Positions 24,701 through 37,443 of a stretch of DNA of 64,000 nt are shown piece after piece. Where the stretch lies: assembly GCA_964270895.1 (NCBI GenBank), contig OZ185435.1; one strand, 5' to 3'. The translations under genes were made by a program, and so were the position numbers. Each line of letters begins with the position of its first letter. The stretch's first letter is position 1. Origin of the DNA: Podarcis filfolensis. Taxonomy: Eukaryota. Under the pieces are notes generated by a model. It was not told the DNA's origin. It ran no database searches and was given only the letters and a program-made list of their open reading frames with translations.

Positions 24701-27700
24701 CTAAGGATCCCAAAGGGATGGAGTGGCTGTGGAACCCTCAAATTATAGGAGTGTACAACAGGCTGCTACAGAGATGTGAGCTAAACAAGCACACCACGGA
24801 GGCAGCCTCTGGGGCTCTTCAGAACATCACAGCAGGAGACCGGAGGGTAAGGTTAACAGCTTGAAACATCCCACCAAGAGTCTTGTTGGGTACACTGGAA
24901 TAAAATGGTGTGAAATTAAGCAGGGTGAATGCGGCTCAAGAATGTGTTCTCAGTCTATCACTTAGAGGGTTGTTTTTTTAAGATGGCAAACTTTGAAGAC
25001 TAGCAAGAAACTAACAACTGTTGAACTGAGGACTTTCCTACCCATTGGTGGAATATTGTATATATTCTATTGACTTATACACTCAAGGGGAAGGCTCTGA
25101 GCATTTCCCCAGCTTCTGTTTCGTAATACTGACACTGCCACAGCCTAAAGGTTTCCTAAACAACATGAAGAGAAGGTGCCTGTGAAGGAACTTCCCTTGC
25201 AGGCTGTGCCTGCCTTACCTTCCTTAGACCTGAACAGGCACTGCTGTGAGAATTCACTCTCCATGTCACAGATGATGAGAAGAAAGGCATTCATAGGTGG
25301 CTTGTGCAAAATTTGAAAAGAGATGACAAGGCCTCCCTTACCTACTTGAATCCAAAACATAGCTAGGACAGAAAAGACTAAGAACCAATAGATCATACAG
25401 CACTGGGAGTAGATGAAGGGGAAGGCCAGACAGACTTCTCTGTTTGCAGTGTCCCAATACTTCTTGTAGGTATATAGGTCAATAGTTCTTAACCGTTTTG
25501 GCCCACAGACCCTTTTGAGGATTTGATGAAAGCTATAGACTTCCTTCCCAGAAAAATGCACATAAACACACACACATGCACACAAACGTTTGTTGCAATG
25601 GAGGGGTGGGGGTTTTTTGCACTTTGTTCACAGACTTCCTGAAGCCCATCCATGGACCTTTGGTTAAGAATCCCTAATGTAGGCCAATGAAAATATTTAA
25701 ATAGTTTTGGAAGTGTACTTTGAAGGAGAAGGAATAGCCAAATATCAGTGCCACTTCTGTCATTTGTCATAACCAGCTCTCCCCAATTCACAGTTGGGAG
25801 GAAAGCTTCCCGTTCTCTTTTCTCCTCACCCCTGAAGAATAACCTGATGCTTTCTGTGCTGTAGCACTAAATTGCTGTGGAAACCTGCCATGGAGGCATC
25901 TTAAACACAAGGGTTTTTGATAAACAATGTTGTAGCAATTAGCAGAGGAAATGTGGGAATCTCTCTCCCCACATCTGCAACTTGAGCTCAGATGCTTTAT
26001 TGACTTGGCTAACAACTCATCCTCTTGCTGGCTCCTGTTTCATTGTAGTGGGCTGGTGTCCTCAGCAGAGTGGCTTTGGAGCAAGAGAGGATCCTGAACC
26101 CAGTGCTGGACAGAGTCCGCACAGCTGACCATCACCAACTTCGTTCACTGACGGGACTGATTCGGAATCTCTCCCGGAATGCGCGCAATAAGGATGAGAT
26201 GTGTGAGTGTCATTCCAATTGGAAAATATAGCAAAGGTCACCATCCCAGGACCTGGAAGAAAGCTGGGAGGCACTGTCCTCCATGCAGAATGACCTTGCC
26301 TACTCCATGCACACAGTGTTTCTGGTGCGTGTCCCATTCCTTGGGGCTTCACCTATAGTCACCTGCATCACTGATCAGTTTTGTTTTTGATTTGCAGCAA
26401 CCAAGGTGGTGAGTCATTTGATCGAGAAGCTCCCAGGCAGCTCTGGAGAGAAGTGGCCTCCAACAGACGTGGTTGTCAACATTATTGCTGTGCTGAACAA
26501 CTTGGTTGTGGAAAGCCCTGTTGCTGCACGTGACATTGTCTACTTTGATGGCCTGCGCAAGCTATTCTACATCAAGAAGAAAAGGGACAGGTGGGGAAGA
26601 CCTGGGGATTCCTCCTCCAATTCCATATGCTGAAACCACCAGTTGAATTCCCAGAACTCCATATTCAGTCACATTTTAGGCCATCTGGCTGCTTTATACC
26701 AATTGCAAGGGTGTGAAATTAGTCCACCTGCTGCTAAACAGTACGTCCTCCTGTCTAAATTTCTATTAAGGGGAGTGTTTGTGGATTTGCAAAGCTGTGA
26801 GTCTGTTCCTACAGCCCATGCCCATTTGTTAAGACAGACCCATTTTCTTCCAGAAGTGTAGCCCAAGCCTATTGGATGTATCACTGAATTTAGTAGGGCT
26901 TAGTCCTAAGTACGTGGGAGGAATTCAGCTGAGTTGTCCCCCCCCCCCTCTTCCTCTATGCGCTTAAATTTGCTCTGGAAGATGGGGGGAGCCCCCCAGA
27001 ACAGGTTTAGGGGGCACAAGGGGGAAGGAGAGTAGCTAAATCCCACTGCACAAGCAGACCTTGTTCCTTGTGTCCATACCCCACTTAGCCTTATGTGGAA
27101 TTCCTCACTATGTGTCTAAGGGTTGCTACCTTAATTCTCAGTGGTTCACTAATAGACATGATGTAACCTAGTATAAAATCCACCAATAGTTTATGAAGGA
27201 AGAGAGTCTATGTCTTAAAGTGCACTTGCAATGTGTTGTGACTGTTTTTATTCTCCAGCTCAGACAGTGAGAAGTCGTCGAGAGCTGCTTCCAGCCTCCT
27301 GACCAACATGTGGCAGTACAGCAAGCTTCATCGGGACTATAAGACGGTATGTTCCTTCCTCCCAATTACGTAGTGAACTTACAGGGGAAGAACTGACTTC
27401 CTGCCCAGTCTAGAGGGGGAAGTATGGTTGCCCCTTCAAGTCCTGCAGTGTGAAAGCTTGCACTCCTGGACATCCACATCACAAGAGAAATGACTTCATA
27501 GGGTGCCTGTGCTGCAATATGCATGAGTAGATTTCTGATTCTAGAAGAGGGAGAAGAGGTATCTTCTAGATATGATCAGCTACAAAGGCCAGCACGCCTA
27601 TATTAGTAGTAGTTTTCTGGAAGAATGAATTTCAGTAAGTATAGTTTGTCATGGAGGCGTAAGAAAACATATACCTGCTCTACGCCCCTATTTTGAATCA

Positions 27701-28310
27701 CTATTAACAGTATGGGAGCCCACCCTATGCCCTTTTGCATCTAACTTTAACAAGGGATGCTTAGTGGGTACCTGCTGTGCTTTGGGTTTAGCCCTATAGT
27801 ACTGAATAGGAAAGTGACAGAGATGTGCTGTTTGTTCAGCTGCCATTTTGGCCTTAGCTGAGGATATTGCCCTAAATAGATCAATAACCTATAGTTTTAG
27901 TCCAGGAATCATGGCACTTATCTAAGGTGTCGGGAATGTGTGTCCTCCAAGGGCTTGGCAAGTGCCACTTGTTTTTAGGGCTCCCCCTTATTTTAAATGT
28001 TTGAACATTTTAGCACACTATTAGAACATAACACATCACCCTTATTTCTCATAGTGGGGGGCTTCCATTTCAGACATCAGGCACAATAAACTTCTCTTAT
28101 GAGGGAGGAAGGGGCACCCCCTGCTGCAGGTCATTCTCTTCTGCAGTATCACAGATATGAATTCTAGATCGGCAGTTCTTTTGAGAATCTGTGCCATCTT
28201 GGGTTTTATATCAATAGGGCACTGGGTGGGTGGAATGATGTGCCCTTGTGATACTTTTCTTCTGTGTTTTACAGAAGGGCTATCGAAAAGAAGACTTTGT
28301 TGGCCTGTAA
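11829..28310 (+). CDS. PKP3: Plakophilin-3, coding exons 2-13 (5'-partial): join(11829..11917,12387..13120,14483..14606,14920..15124,20407..20581,21458..21575,23686..23853,24661..24846,26049..26202,26398..26590,27259..27346,28275..28310)
   Basis: All introns GT-AG with consistent phases; 2270 nt ending in TAA. Translation has the PKP3 head (SWSSRSAVDL, RAPAMRTLQRFQS, RAPSVRSL), armadillo repeats (FDDIDLPSAVKYLMASDPNLQVLGAAYIQHKCYSD, SVENAVCVLRNLSYRLYDEMPPSALQRLEG) and the C-terminus KGYRKEDFVGL*. Tail-to-tail with SIGIRR, as in human. Confidence 0.97.
12387..13120 (+). CDS. PKP3: PKP3 exon 3 (head domain)
   Basis: ccattgtag|CTG TAC...GGA GG|gtgagt; contains ORF 12426..13124. Confidence 0.96.
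13457..13693. mobile_element. hAT MITE, one end truncated (same family as 57856..58108, opposite orientation)
   Basis: Starts caggggtcagcaaccttt; interior is the reverse complement of the 57856 copy; second TIR missing. Confidence 0.85.
13749..13892. mobile_element. Tc1 transposon terminal fragment
   Basis: TA|caatgagggggggaagtatttgatcccctgct...gtgagagacagaataataaca resembles fish/amphibian Tc1 termini (from memory). Confidence 0.7.
14483..14606 (+). CDS. PKP3: PKP3 exon 4
   Basis: ttttcag|G TTT GAT GAC...AAA CAG|gtgagg; FDDIDLPSAVKYLMASDPNLQVLGAAYIQHKCYSDNDAKKQ. Confidence 0.97.
14920..15124 (+). CDS. PKP3: PKP3 exon 5
   Basis: caacag|GCT CGC...ACA G|gtgaga; ARSLQAVPKLVKLFNNSNHEVQRHATGAMRNLIY. 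Confidence 0.97.
15540..15668. mobile_element. L2-like 3' tail (+) abutting a tRNA-head SINE fragment (-)
   Basis: gagacctgcgggtatagggcagtatataaattaaataaagaaataaat, then ggaattgaacctgggaccttctgcatgcaaag as in the SINE at 19630. Confidence 0.55.
17584..17615. repeat. (GT)n microsatellite
   Basis: Read directly. Confidence 0.95.
17751..17897. mobile_element. 147-bp hAT-type MITE
   Basis: TIR cagtggcgtagcgtggg/cccacgctacgccactg; perfect 8-bp TSD gtgctggg. Confidence 0.9.
18675..18762. repeat. Compound microsatellite (TC)n(AC)n
   Basis: Read directly. Confidence 0.97.
19630..19836 (-). mobile_element. tRNA-derived SINE with CR1-type 3' tail
   Basis: Minus strand reads gtagctcagtggcagagcatctgctttgcatgcagaaagg...ggttcaatccccagc (A and B boxes), ending in a CR1-like taaggcagcttgctatatgttcc tail. 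Confidence 0.8.
20407..20581 (+). CDS. PKP3: PKP3 exon 6
   Basis: ctgcag|GC ATC CTC TGG...CTC AG|gtattt; ILWNLSSSDNLKDRLARDTLEKLTDLVL. Confidence 0.97.
21458..21575 (+). CDS. PKP3: PKP3 exon 7
   Basis: cttctag|G AAT CTT...GAC AAG|gtgagt; NLSSASQQTRQKMRECHGLVDSMV. Confidence 0.97.
22053..22339 (+). mobile_element. tRNA-derived lizard SINE with (CTT)n tail
   Basis: tggtgtagtggttaagagc A box, gggttcg B box, CORE-like gctgggtgatcttgggccagtcac, tail atcaaatccaaactc followed by (ctt)n. Confidence 0.85.
22812..22990 (+). mobile_element. Old CORE/MIR-like SINE remnant
   Basis: gtagtgtagtgaacagagcatcagactagg...gatgatcttcagccaagcac...aacctacatcacag. Confidence 0.5.
23686..23853 (+). CDS. PKP3: PKP3 exon 8
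   Basis: ccctacag|AGT GTA GAG...CGA GAG|gtgaga; SVENAVCVLRNLSYRLYDEMPP. Confidence 0.97.
24661..24846 (+). CDS. PKP3: PKP3 exon 9
   Basis: ctcccaag|CTC CAC ATG...CGG AGG|gtaagg; EVSKDPKGMEWLWNPQIIGVYNRLLQRCELNKHTTEAA. Confidence 0.97.
26049..26202 (+). CDS. PKP3: PKP3 exon 10
   Basis: cattgtag|TGG GCT GGT...ATG T|gtgagt; WAGVLSRVALEQERILNPVLDRVRTADHHQLRSLTGLIRNLSRNARNKDEM. Confidence 0.97.
26398..26590 (+). CDS. PKP3: PKP3 exon 11
   Basis: tttgcag|CA ACC AAG...GAC AG|gtgggg; TKVVSHLIEKLPGS...FDGLRKLFYIKKKRD. Confidence 0.97.
27259..27346 (+). CDS. PKP3: PKP3 exon 12
   Basis: ttctccag|C TCA GAC AGT...AAG ACG|gtatgt; SDSEKSSRAASSLLTNMWQYSKLHRDYKT. Confidence 0.96.
28275..28310 (+). CDS. PKP3: PKP3 exon 13 (last coding exon)
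   Basis: ttttacag|AAG GGC TAT CGA AAA GAA GAC TTT GTT GGC CTG TAA = KGYRKEDFVGL*. Confidence 0.95.
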   Translation, partial: KGYRKEDFVGL

Positions 28311-31300
28311 AGAAAAGGGAATGCAGAAATGGACTGTCCAGCCCTAACCCTTCATGAAATTTGTACGTGAATCACCATCATGGACTGTGCCGCCGCTGCA
28401 TGAAGCTTGCCCTCTGCAGCTTCCCTCCTTTTTATAGATCTCAGGCCAATTTGGCTGGTGTGCCTTATTTTTTAATTATTCATTAGTGTTTCTTTTTCAA
28501 GCCTGCTGGAAACTCATCATCTTCTGCTGGCCATCTTATCTTCATAAAAACAAATCTTAACTGTAAAGACGTGAGTCAGCATCCAGGCAAATTCTCAGGA
28601 CTCTACTTCTCCTTCACATCTTGTACTGGATGCCCTTGGATCCCCAGTCATTATTTGAAATTCACAAACACTCATGTCATGGCAGGATTTCCAGTCTTGG
28701 GAAGGATGCTGAGGGGCCTTCCTTCTCCCTCCTAAAAGTCCTGCTGTTCATAGGTCACTCCCCACCACCCTCTCTGAACCCCTAAAATGATGGGCTTCCT
28801 TTTCACTTTTAAAGATCTAGGAGATCATCTTTTCTTGAGGCATGGATCAATTTTAATGAGAACTATAAGCTGTACATATATGACACCAGAAAACCACTTG
28901 TTTCTGGTGGTATTGAACCTGTTAATGGAATTTTGAGGGATAAATGCAATGTTTAAAGTTAGCACTGGCCAAAAAGTAGGGCAAGAATGCTTTGGCATAT
29001 AGTTTTATGGTGGAATTGGGTGACGGATTCTTTCATTTTAATTAGTTTGTATGGTCAATAGCAGGTATCCTGAAGACGGGATTTTCTGGAGCTACACACA
29101 CTGTATATGTGTACTGTTTCTGTTTGGGTGATAGCACTGGTGAAGTAAGAGGTGGGTGGGATTATGCAAAAAGGGTGCTGGCTGGCTTAGAACCTGCTGG
29201 GGAAAAAGAGGTCCTTGGGCTGGTCTCTGGCCAGCTTTGCGCAAAATGTTACTTTGGCTCTATGCTGGCAGGAATGCCTTGGTGGCTATAAAGTGCCAGG
29301 TACTGGTCCACTGAACTGTATTTGATTATAGGGTAAAACCAACAGCCTTGATCTAAAGTGCTAGGACCCTGTCAAATGAGCCAACACTGGCTGGGATAGA
29401 ATATGTTAAGGCACAAGATGACCGGATTAAAGTTTTAGTAAAATTAAGCTGTCTTTTGTGTGCCAGTATTCTACATGAAGGAAGTTACATAACAACTAAT
29501 TCACAGTAGCTTTCACTCAGGGGTACATCCTTCGTGCAGTCGAATGGCAGATTATTGGAATGTCCTATCAGAATGTTGGCTAAAGGGGAAGTTACTACAG
29601 AGGCTGTGATGGCAGACAAACATTGGTTATGGCTGTCATCTGGTACCTGTTCAGGCCAATGGGGAAGCTGGAGGCTGTAGGATCTGGTACTAGTCCCACT
29701 ACATGCTATGTCCACCAATCTGACAGGCTTTTTTCACTGCCTAGCTGAAAGCCATTGGTTGAGAAGGTTTCTCTTACTGGAGTAGTTGCGCTGTTAACTG
29801 CACTACCTTTCACGTAAATCAGCAGCAGCTCTCAATAGCTGTCATTATCAAAGTGAGTCATGCAACTTACTATGGGTGGTAGTCAACTAATTTTTACTCA
29901 AGAGTAGCCCTATTAAAATACTTAGCCAAATTTAGCCATGTTCATTTACTTTAAGAGACAAGCTGCTGTTGGAATGGCAGCTGATTTCAGTATTTGGGAG
30001 GAAAATAACTACCCCAGCATCCTCTCTCTGACGTTCTTGCTGTAATTGTTAAAATTTGTACCCGGCGTAGATATGAGACCAGACTCTGCTCAGCCACAAC
30101 GGGAAGCCAAGATGGACTCGAGGGGCAATAAGAGGGAATAAGTTTTTCCTGTACATACTGTATATAGAATGCTTTTGTTTTTACTCAGTATAGTGGATAG
30201 GCTATTATCTTGTAAAATTGCTGCTTTTAACAACTCATTAACTTTGACAGCATTATGTATGCTTCCTTGGAAATCACAACTGTGCAACTGAAAAGCTGAA
30301 GTCACCTTAAGAAAGTGAATTAAGCAGCTGGCATCTTGTTTTAGTAAAATAGCTACCTTTGCATGGTGCATAGTGATGCACCACTCACCAGTTCCTCCAA
30401 CAGCTGACACTCTTCCTATTTTCAGAGGTGATCATCTGTATATAAAAATTGAGGAAACAGCTCCCCTAATTTCCAAGTAAGGATGGATGTTATTGTAGAG
30501 CTATCTCAATGGAACATGCACACTCAAGCATCAGATAGGCTGCCTGGAAGTAGAGCTGTTATCTCTTAACAACTGTCTGGGAGAGGGGAGGAGCCAAAAG
30601 CATCAACAAATGCACATAGCTCAGCAAGTTAAGCAGGTAATTAAAACTTGCTAATTTGCCAGTCTGCTGCTTCTACTAATGTTGTTCGCCAAAGACCTGC
30701 CTCTGCTCTTCACAAAGAGGCACAATCATCCCTAATTTTGTTTGTCAAATGAGAAGCCTGGATGCAGGATTGAAAGCCTTAGCCATGAACACAAGGAGAA
30801 AAGTGGGAAGACAAGTCATTTTGTGAAGATGGCCACAGCCTTTGGCCCATTTGCTGGTAAAATACACCTGGTTAAAGTTTAAATTGTAATGAACATGGCA
30901 AGTAATAACAATACGCTTGGATTATCTCTTAGGAAATAAATGAGCTCTTAAGAGCATATCTACCTTTGTTCGTTAGGCTCTTCTCTAACTTCTGAAATAA
31001 AAATATTTCAATATTATATATTTCTGTTTGTTTTATGAGAACCTGAAGCACTGAAAGATAGGCATGTTAAACGCTACATCAAAGAACATGTGGGTGAAAG
31101 GACTAGGTCTTCTTCAGTGCTTCTGCTAGAGAGAAATATACCACAACTGGCAAGACAGCTTAATGACCCATCAGGTGATCAGCCTCAGTGGTGCAGTATG
31201 GAAGGAATTCCATCCAGTACAGCATTTCTCACCCCTGTATGACATGTTGCACCTGCAAAAATTCTGTTTCCTGTACAACTATTAAGAACCTTGTCTTCCT

Positions 31301-34300
31301 CTGAATCTGGAAATCTTTTGCACACTTTTGAGCATGCTCAGTGCATGCTCTCTAATTCTGAGCAGACTCATTGATGTTGCTAAATAAAGGCTTTGACCAT
31401 TTATTGCTGTTACTTTTTCTTGTTATGCTATAGTCTACATGTGTCAGTGGCATGTATACTTTGAGTTTACCACTCAGGCTTACCATTCTGTCTCCGGAGA
31501 ACTCTGGGAACTGTGATTCCATGAACTGGGGAAAGGCTCTAGAACAGAATCCTCAACACCATCACCAAAATACAATTCCCAGGATTCTTTGAGGGAAGGC
31601 ACAACTGTAATGAATATCTATAATGGAGAGAATATGTAACACCTTGAAAAACTGAAAATGCCCAGAGCATTACCTGTATCCACATAGAAAATGGCGGCTG
31701 GCATGCTCAAAGAACTACAAAAGACTTATGATACAGGACCTTTTTGCATTCAGAAACCATGTTGACTATTCCTCAAAAAGGCTTGTCTTCAGTAGCTGTA
31801 ACAATTCTCTCTTTAACATCCTTTTCATGATTTTACTGGAAGATATCTTTTTAAAGGGCTTCCCTACAAAAAAACAAACACAGACTGGCTATCCTTTAGT
31901 TAGCCCAGTTACAGTGATAGATTGCATATTTTTATTATTTAATGAATCTTGGGTGCATTTCAACTGTTTATGAGGGATTGTTAATTTTAGCCCTCATACC
32001 TTACGCGCATGAACTAAAAAAGTAGTTTAGTTCAATGCAAAGAATTATACTTTTCTGCAATTTCTCTCTCCCCCTCTTTAGCAATCTTAACCACTCCATG
32101 GTTGTCTACAGATACAACTGCCTCATTGGCTGGTTTCCTGCTTCTTATGTATTTAAGTTTTAGATTTTTAAAATGTTCTTAGTAAAACGCTCTTCAAATT
32201 CTTTTGACACTTGCTTTGTTGTCAACTTATAACTATAAAAACACTATGAAATAGTGCCGCCTCTTTGCCAGCTTTCACATTGGTAACTAATGCTTTTAAC
32301 AGCATTAAGTTATCTAATACATTATTATTATTAGGCAACGTACACCAAAAGCCCCAGGCCTCAAAAATACCATTTTATTTTATTTTTTGCATGCAAACAA
32401 AATATCATGCTTCTGGTACTAAATTGGGACTAGCACAAATATAGCAAAATGAAAAAACCTTTAAAAAACTAACCTCAGAAAAGCCCTTAAAAATGAAAGC
32501 AGTATTTCAGAAGTATGCTGATTAGAGTGTAACTGAAGAGGTTTCCTCTCCTGCTAGCTAATGATTTTGAAAGGAATAAGGCTGCCTCCTGTCTCCTAGT
32601 TACTATCCCCATTATTAAAGTTGAGTAGTGCAAATGCCTTTCTTCCGTGATGAAACACATTCATAAATATATCTAATGCCTTCAGTAGATATGCTTATGA
32701 GCCTTCAACCTATGTGGGGCAGTCCTGCTCATCTGTGTAAACAGTGCAAACATAGAGTGTTATCAGCAGCCTTATGGTGCATTGTATTTCTTTTCTCAGG
32801 ACACAACTACCACTTTCACTGTGACCTAAAGAGCTGAACTGGAAGCAAGAGGAGTCCCCATGCAGACATTCACTAAACTAGACCTCTTTGTGGCTGGAGG
32901 AAAGCGAGGGGCAAAAGTCATTAGCATATTCAGAGGAATTGTATCCAGATAAAGTGATATTTCCAGTTTGGCCTCAAGATTAAGCACCAATGGACTAGAC
33001 AGTGCTAGTGTTCATGGTTGGGAAGAAATTTTAGTGCGTATAAAGACCATGAGAATGTCAATTCCATTTTCATTGTTTTTAGCTGCTGGACCAAGTTAGT
33101 AGTGCCCATTTAGTCCTGACACAACTCAACCCTGATATGCAGAAGCTCCAGTTTTTCCCCAAGTCAAGGCTTAACCCTTTAGATGCCAGTTAACGTGAAG
33201 ACATCGGCTTTCTAGAGGCTGAAGTTGACAGCCCAGTGACTACTTATGCCACAAAACAGCTAGCTTAAAATATTTATTTATTTAGCCACTTTCTGGTGTG
33301 CATACAATGTTTTTAAAGCAAGAACACCTGCCCAGTGAACAGTTTAGGCAGCAAACAACATTAGTAGCTAAACACAGCCTAAGAAATACTTTTTGAGGTG
33401 CCATTATTGCAATTAGGCCTTTTGGTGGGTGACTTACTCAGAGCCTTGCCAGAAGAAAACAAAGAAGCAGAGGACAAAGGACCATGTGCCAACCTTTTCT
33501 AAGACTTGCTGTGACAATTTTGTTAGCTGGAACGTAAGTAAAACTTGACCTTTTCATTCTGAACTTTCAGTGTCATTACTTTTCAAATCCTCCCTCCCCC
33601 AAAAGCTATGCTTTTCTTGAAGTTCAGGCAGATGTTCCATCAACATTATAGCGCTTCTCTTTCCATCCTAGGCATTGATCTGCACTTAGTGGCAACAATG
33701 TATTGCTAAGGCTGTACTCACAAACTATCGTAACTAACTTAAGGCAAGTTTTCCAAGTAAATGCGGCTAGGATCAGGCTGTAAAGCTCTTAGAAAGTGCT
33801 ACTTACCCAAGGGCTGCAGCTGTCAATGTGATTTTCATTCGGAAACTAAATGGCTAATCTAATCTGTTTTGTCCAAGACATTGCCTCCATTACACTGCTT
33901 TTGACTGATACGTTTCCAGCCACAACAGGGTCTCAGCAGTGCCAGACCAAATTGCTCTTATTTTCCTTTGTTCTATTACCTTAATGTTGGCCAGTCATCA
34001 GTGCCCATTTCTGAAATAGAAAGGGCTATCCAGAGATGTTAGCAAAAACAAAGGAGTCTGAAAGACGTTGTTGGGGTCTCAGCATAGTGACCTAGTGCAA
34101 GATCTTCACCCAAGAACATACAATAGGGTCATTCATTCCTAACAACTTCCCTTGATCCTGAGTAGTTATACAAACTAAAGATAAAGTATAAGGCACTAAC
34201 AAAGTCTTGCACATTTCAGGATTAACAGAACTCCCCCAACAATTACAGTGCTGAAGTGATATAAAACCAAAGAGTTGGAAGGGATACTGTAGACAAGGAG

Positions 34301-34619
34301 TGGCTAACATTTTGGGCCCAAAGGCTGCATTTACTCTTGACTAACCTTAACTCCTACATGTATGCACATGTGTGCGCGCACACACACACTGCATGCACAG
34401 GTATGCAGCTGGTCGCGCTCAAACACTGTCAATTTTGATTTTGTTTCTTCTTGCTGCTGCCACCAAAGTGCTGAGGTGTTGGGGGATGAGACAAAGTTAG
34501 GTGGGGGCCCACATGAACTCAGGTTAGATATCCATATTGTGGATTATAGCAGTTCAGGTCCAGCCTCTTCGCGTAGGCTTCCAGAGCAGGAAACCACCTG
34601 CCCTCTAGGTAACTGGGTC

Positions 34620-35045
34620 CACTGCCACAGTTCCACTTCTGGTGACTTGGAAACCATGGTTCTATTAATGCTGCAAAAAAATCTTATTAGTCTGTTTTTG
34701 CAGTCATCTAACACCACTGACTCATACATAGTCAGCTTGTGATCAAACACAATGCTAAAATCCTTCTCACGTATACTATTGCCATGCCAACCTAGGTATT
34801 CCCACCACCCAAACCTGTGCATTTGAATTTTGCATTGGTCTCTGTTGAACTTCATGTGTTAATCAGCCTAGTTTCCAACCCACTGAGATCATGTTGAATT
34901 TTATTCCTGTCTTCTGAGGTGTTAGTGATCCCTCCCATTTAAATGTCCTCCATAGATGTGCTAAGGATTCCCCTCCACCCCTTCTGCTAAGTAATTAATA
35001 TTATGAAGAGTGTGGGGCCCAGGACAGAGCCCTACAGCACTCAAT
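34620..35045 (-). mobile_element. CR1 LINE ORF2 fragment just downstream of the SIGIRR stop
   Basis: ORF 34544..34855 MKFNRDQCK...EKDFSIVFDHKLTM resembles CR1 MKFNRDKCK...EKDLGVLVDHKLNM; gggcccaggacagagccc motif. Confidence 0.8.
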
Positions 35046-35140
35046 TTGGTTGTTATGGATCAAAGAAACTACCCAAGCTGATTGTCATTGTCAAGGCACA
35101 TCGTGATAATCAGTTTCACCAAGGAAAATTCCAGCATCTC

Positions 35141-35334
35141 TTAGATATCATCCTCTGTCACCAGGCAGTAGAAATCTGTCCTTGCTCCATAGTTCCGAGA
35201 TCCCAAATCAGAGATGTCAATCTCACTCCTTTGGTTTTCCCCAAGCTGTATTTCTTCCAAAGCACCAAGTGGAGGACCATCAGGGCCACTCATGGGAGGA
35301 GGTGGTGCGCCTTTGAAAATGGACCCCCTGCCAC
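35141..35334 (-). CDS. SIGIRR: SIGIRR last coding exon
   Basis: atcctacag|GT GGC AGG...ATC TAA; [28 protein letters not shown]. Confidence 0.96.
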
Positions 35335-36330
35335 CTGTAGGATGGGAAGGAGAAGGTAGCAGGGATGGCAAGGCAGAATGAGACAAGTTGAAGTGCTTTA
35401 AAATGACCAGTGCCACTATACTTTCTGCTAGTACAGTGGTACCTCGGGTTACAGACGCTTCAGGTTACAGACTCCGCTAACCCAGAAATATTACCTCGCG
35501 CTAAGAACTTTGCTTCAGGATGAGAACAGAAATCGTGCTCCGGTGGCGTGGCAGCAGCAGGAGGCCCCATTAGCTAAAGTGGTGCTTTAGGTTAAGAACA
35601 GTTTCAGGTTAAGAACGGACCTCCGGAACTAATTAAGTACTTAACCCGAGGTACCACTGTATTCACAAGAAGGACATATATACAGTTCAAGCTCATTTAA
35701 ACACCAGTTTAAGTATCATTGCTTCCCACCAACATTTCTGCGAATAGTACTTCATTGAGATTGCTATCATTCCTCAAAGAACTAGTTGCTAAGGCTAGCC
35801 GGAGAGAAGGAAGAACTATTAAACCAATTTAAGTATCAAGTTGCGTGAGATGCAGGAGATCTATAACTAGGAGACAGTACAGATTGGGGTAATGGCACAG
35901 GGAAAAGAGTTCAAATTTTTTCCCCTCAGGTCTGAGGCTCAGGGTCACTGTTCCAATCAAAGCTGGAGCCTCTGGCTACTTTTAACTAAAAGCAGAAATG
36001 TCAGGAGATCTAATTATAGACCTCCTGCATCTCACGCAGCTTGGGAGTCAGTTGGCAGTTTTAAACTTAATTTAAATGTTTTATTTTAGAGCATGCCTTG
36101 ACATGTCAGACAAGAGTAAGGGGCCTGAATATTTCAACACCTAGGGAATCTGGAGGAGGCTTCAGTCCCGCCTTTTGCCAATCCCCAGGGTCTGAGAGGA
36201 GCTGCTCTTCCCCTTAGCGCTGACAGGCAGCATTTCAAAGACCTCAGGAGGGGAGCTGGGAAGAGAAACCAGCAACACCTTTGTAAGCCTCATGAAATAC
36301 ATTTAATGTGCATCACTTTCTCTCAAGCAG

Positions 36331-36374
<44 letters not shown>

Positions 36375-37403
36375 AAAAATCAGGCGCTCCTAGTGAGAAT
36401 GAAATGTCTTCCAAGCAACTATTCCCTTTGCAAGTGAGAGAATGAGGAGCCTCAAGCATCCTGGCATGCTGTTGTATGGAGCAACTAGACTAATGAGGAA
36501 AGCTTCCAACAAGGTGCACAGCCGCGCCACACAAGAAACAAGGCCTATTAATGACAGTGAACGCAACACCCTCAGCAAAATAAGCCCAACGCTGCTGTCT
36601 CAACTAAAAGAAAAGCCCAGCCAAACCCATTATTTTCTCTGTTCTTCTCTTGACAATAAAATCACCGTGTACAAGCGAGCTGGGCTTGCTCTTGCCAGTC
36701 GCTCGTAAATCTTTTATGACCACTGAACTTATTTTGCTCCTGTTACTAAAATTAAAATGTATTGCTTTGCAAGTGCTCAGCCTGTGTTAACAAATCCCTA
36801 GGGCCAGAGCTTGTTCTTCACAACCTCTGGAACCGATGCCTCAGGTGCGCTTCCTACTCATTGATCCATTGTACAGCCATAGTCCCACAGGCCTAGGAAA
36901 AAGGATGTCAGGACTAAACCACCAAGCTCAGGCTCAGAGAATGGAAAACTGCCCTTTGGTGGATATAAAACCCATTTCTTTTATGAACTCTTGGGTATGT
37001 TTGCACATAAATGATAGATGGAGGTGGTAAATTACGTAAATTTCCACTCCTTGGTATTGCTACTCTAAGGAAGCATGTAGCAATAATGACACCATTATTT
37101 CCTTTCTTCCTCTACAAACACACAAATGGATTCATAGCCAAAATAACATGTTCTCTATGAAAACATGTTGCCCTGCTCCCTATCCAATGTTAGCAGTGAA
37201 TGGGAAAAACAGATGAATTAATTATTCTGCTACACAATGTGCCACAGTATGTATGTGTGGACTGCTGCATGACAGGGAAGATAATTTCATTTGGATTGAG
37301 GCAATGGTTGTTTGACTGATGAAGGATCAGCTAATTAGGTGTAACTCTGGAATGGCCATTGAAAGGAAGGAAGGAAGGAAGGAAGGAAGGAAGGAAGGAA
37401 GGA

Positions 37404-37443
<40 letters not shown>

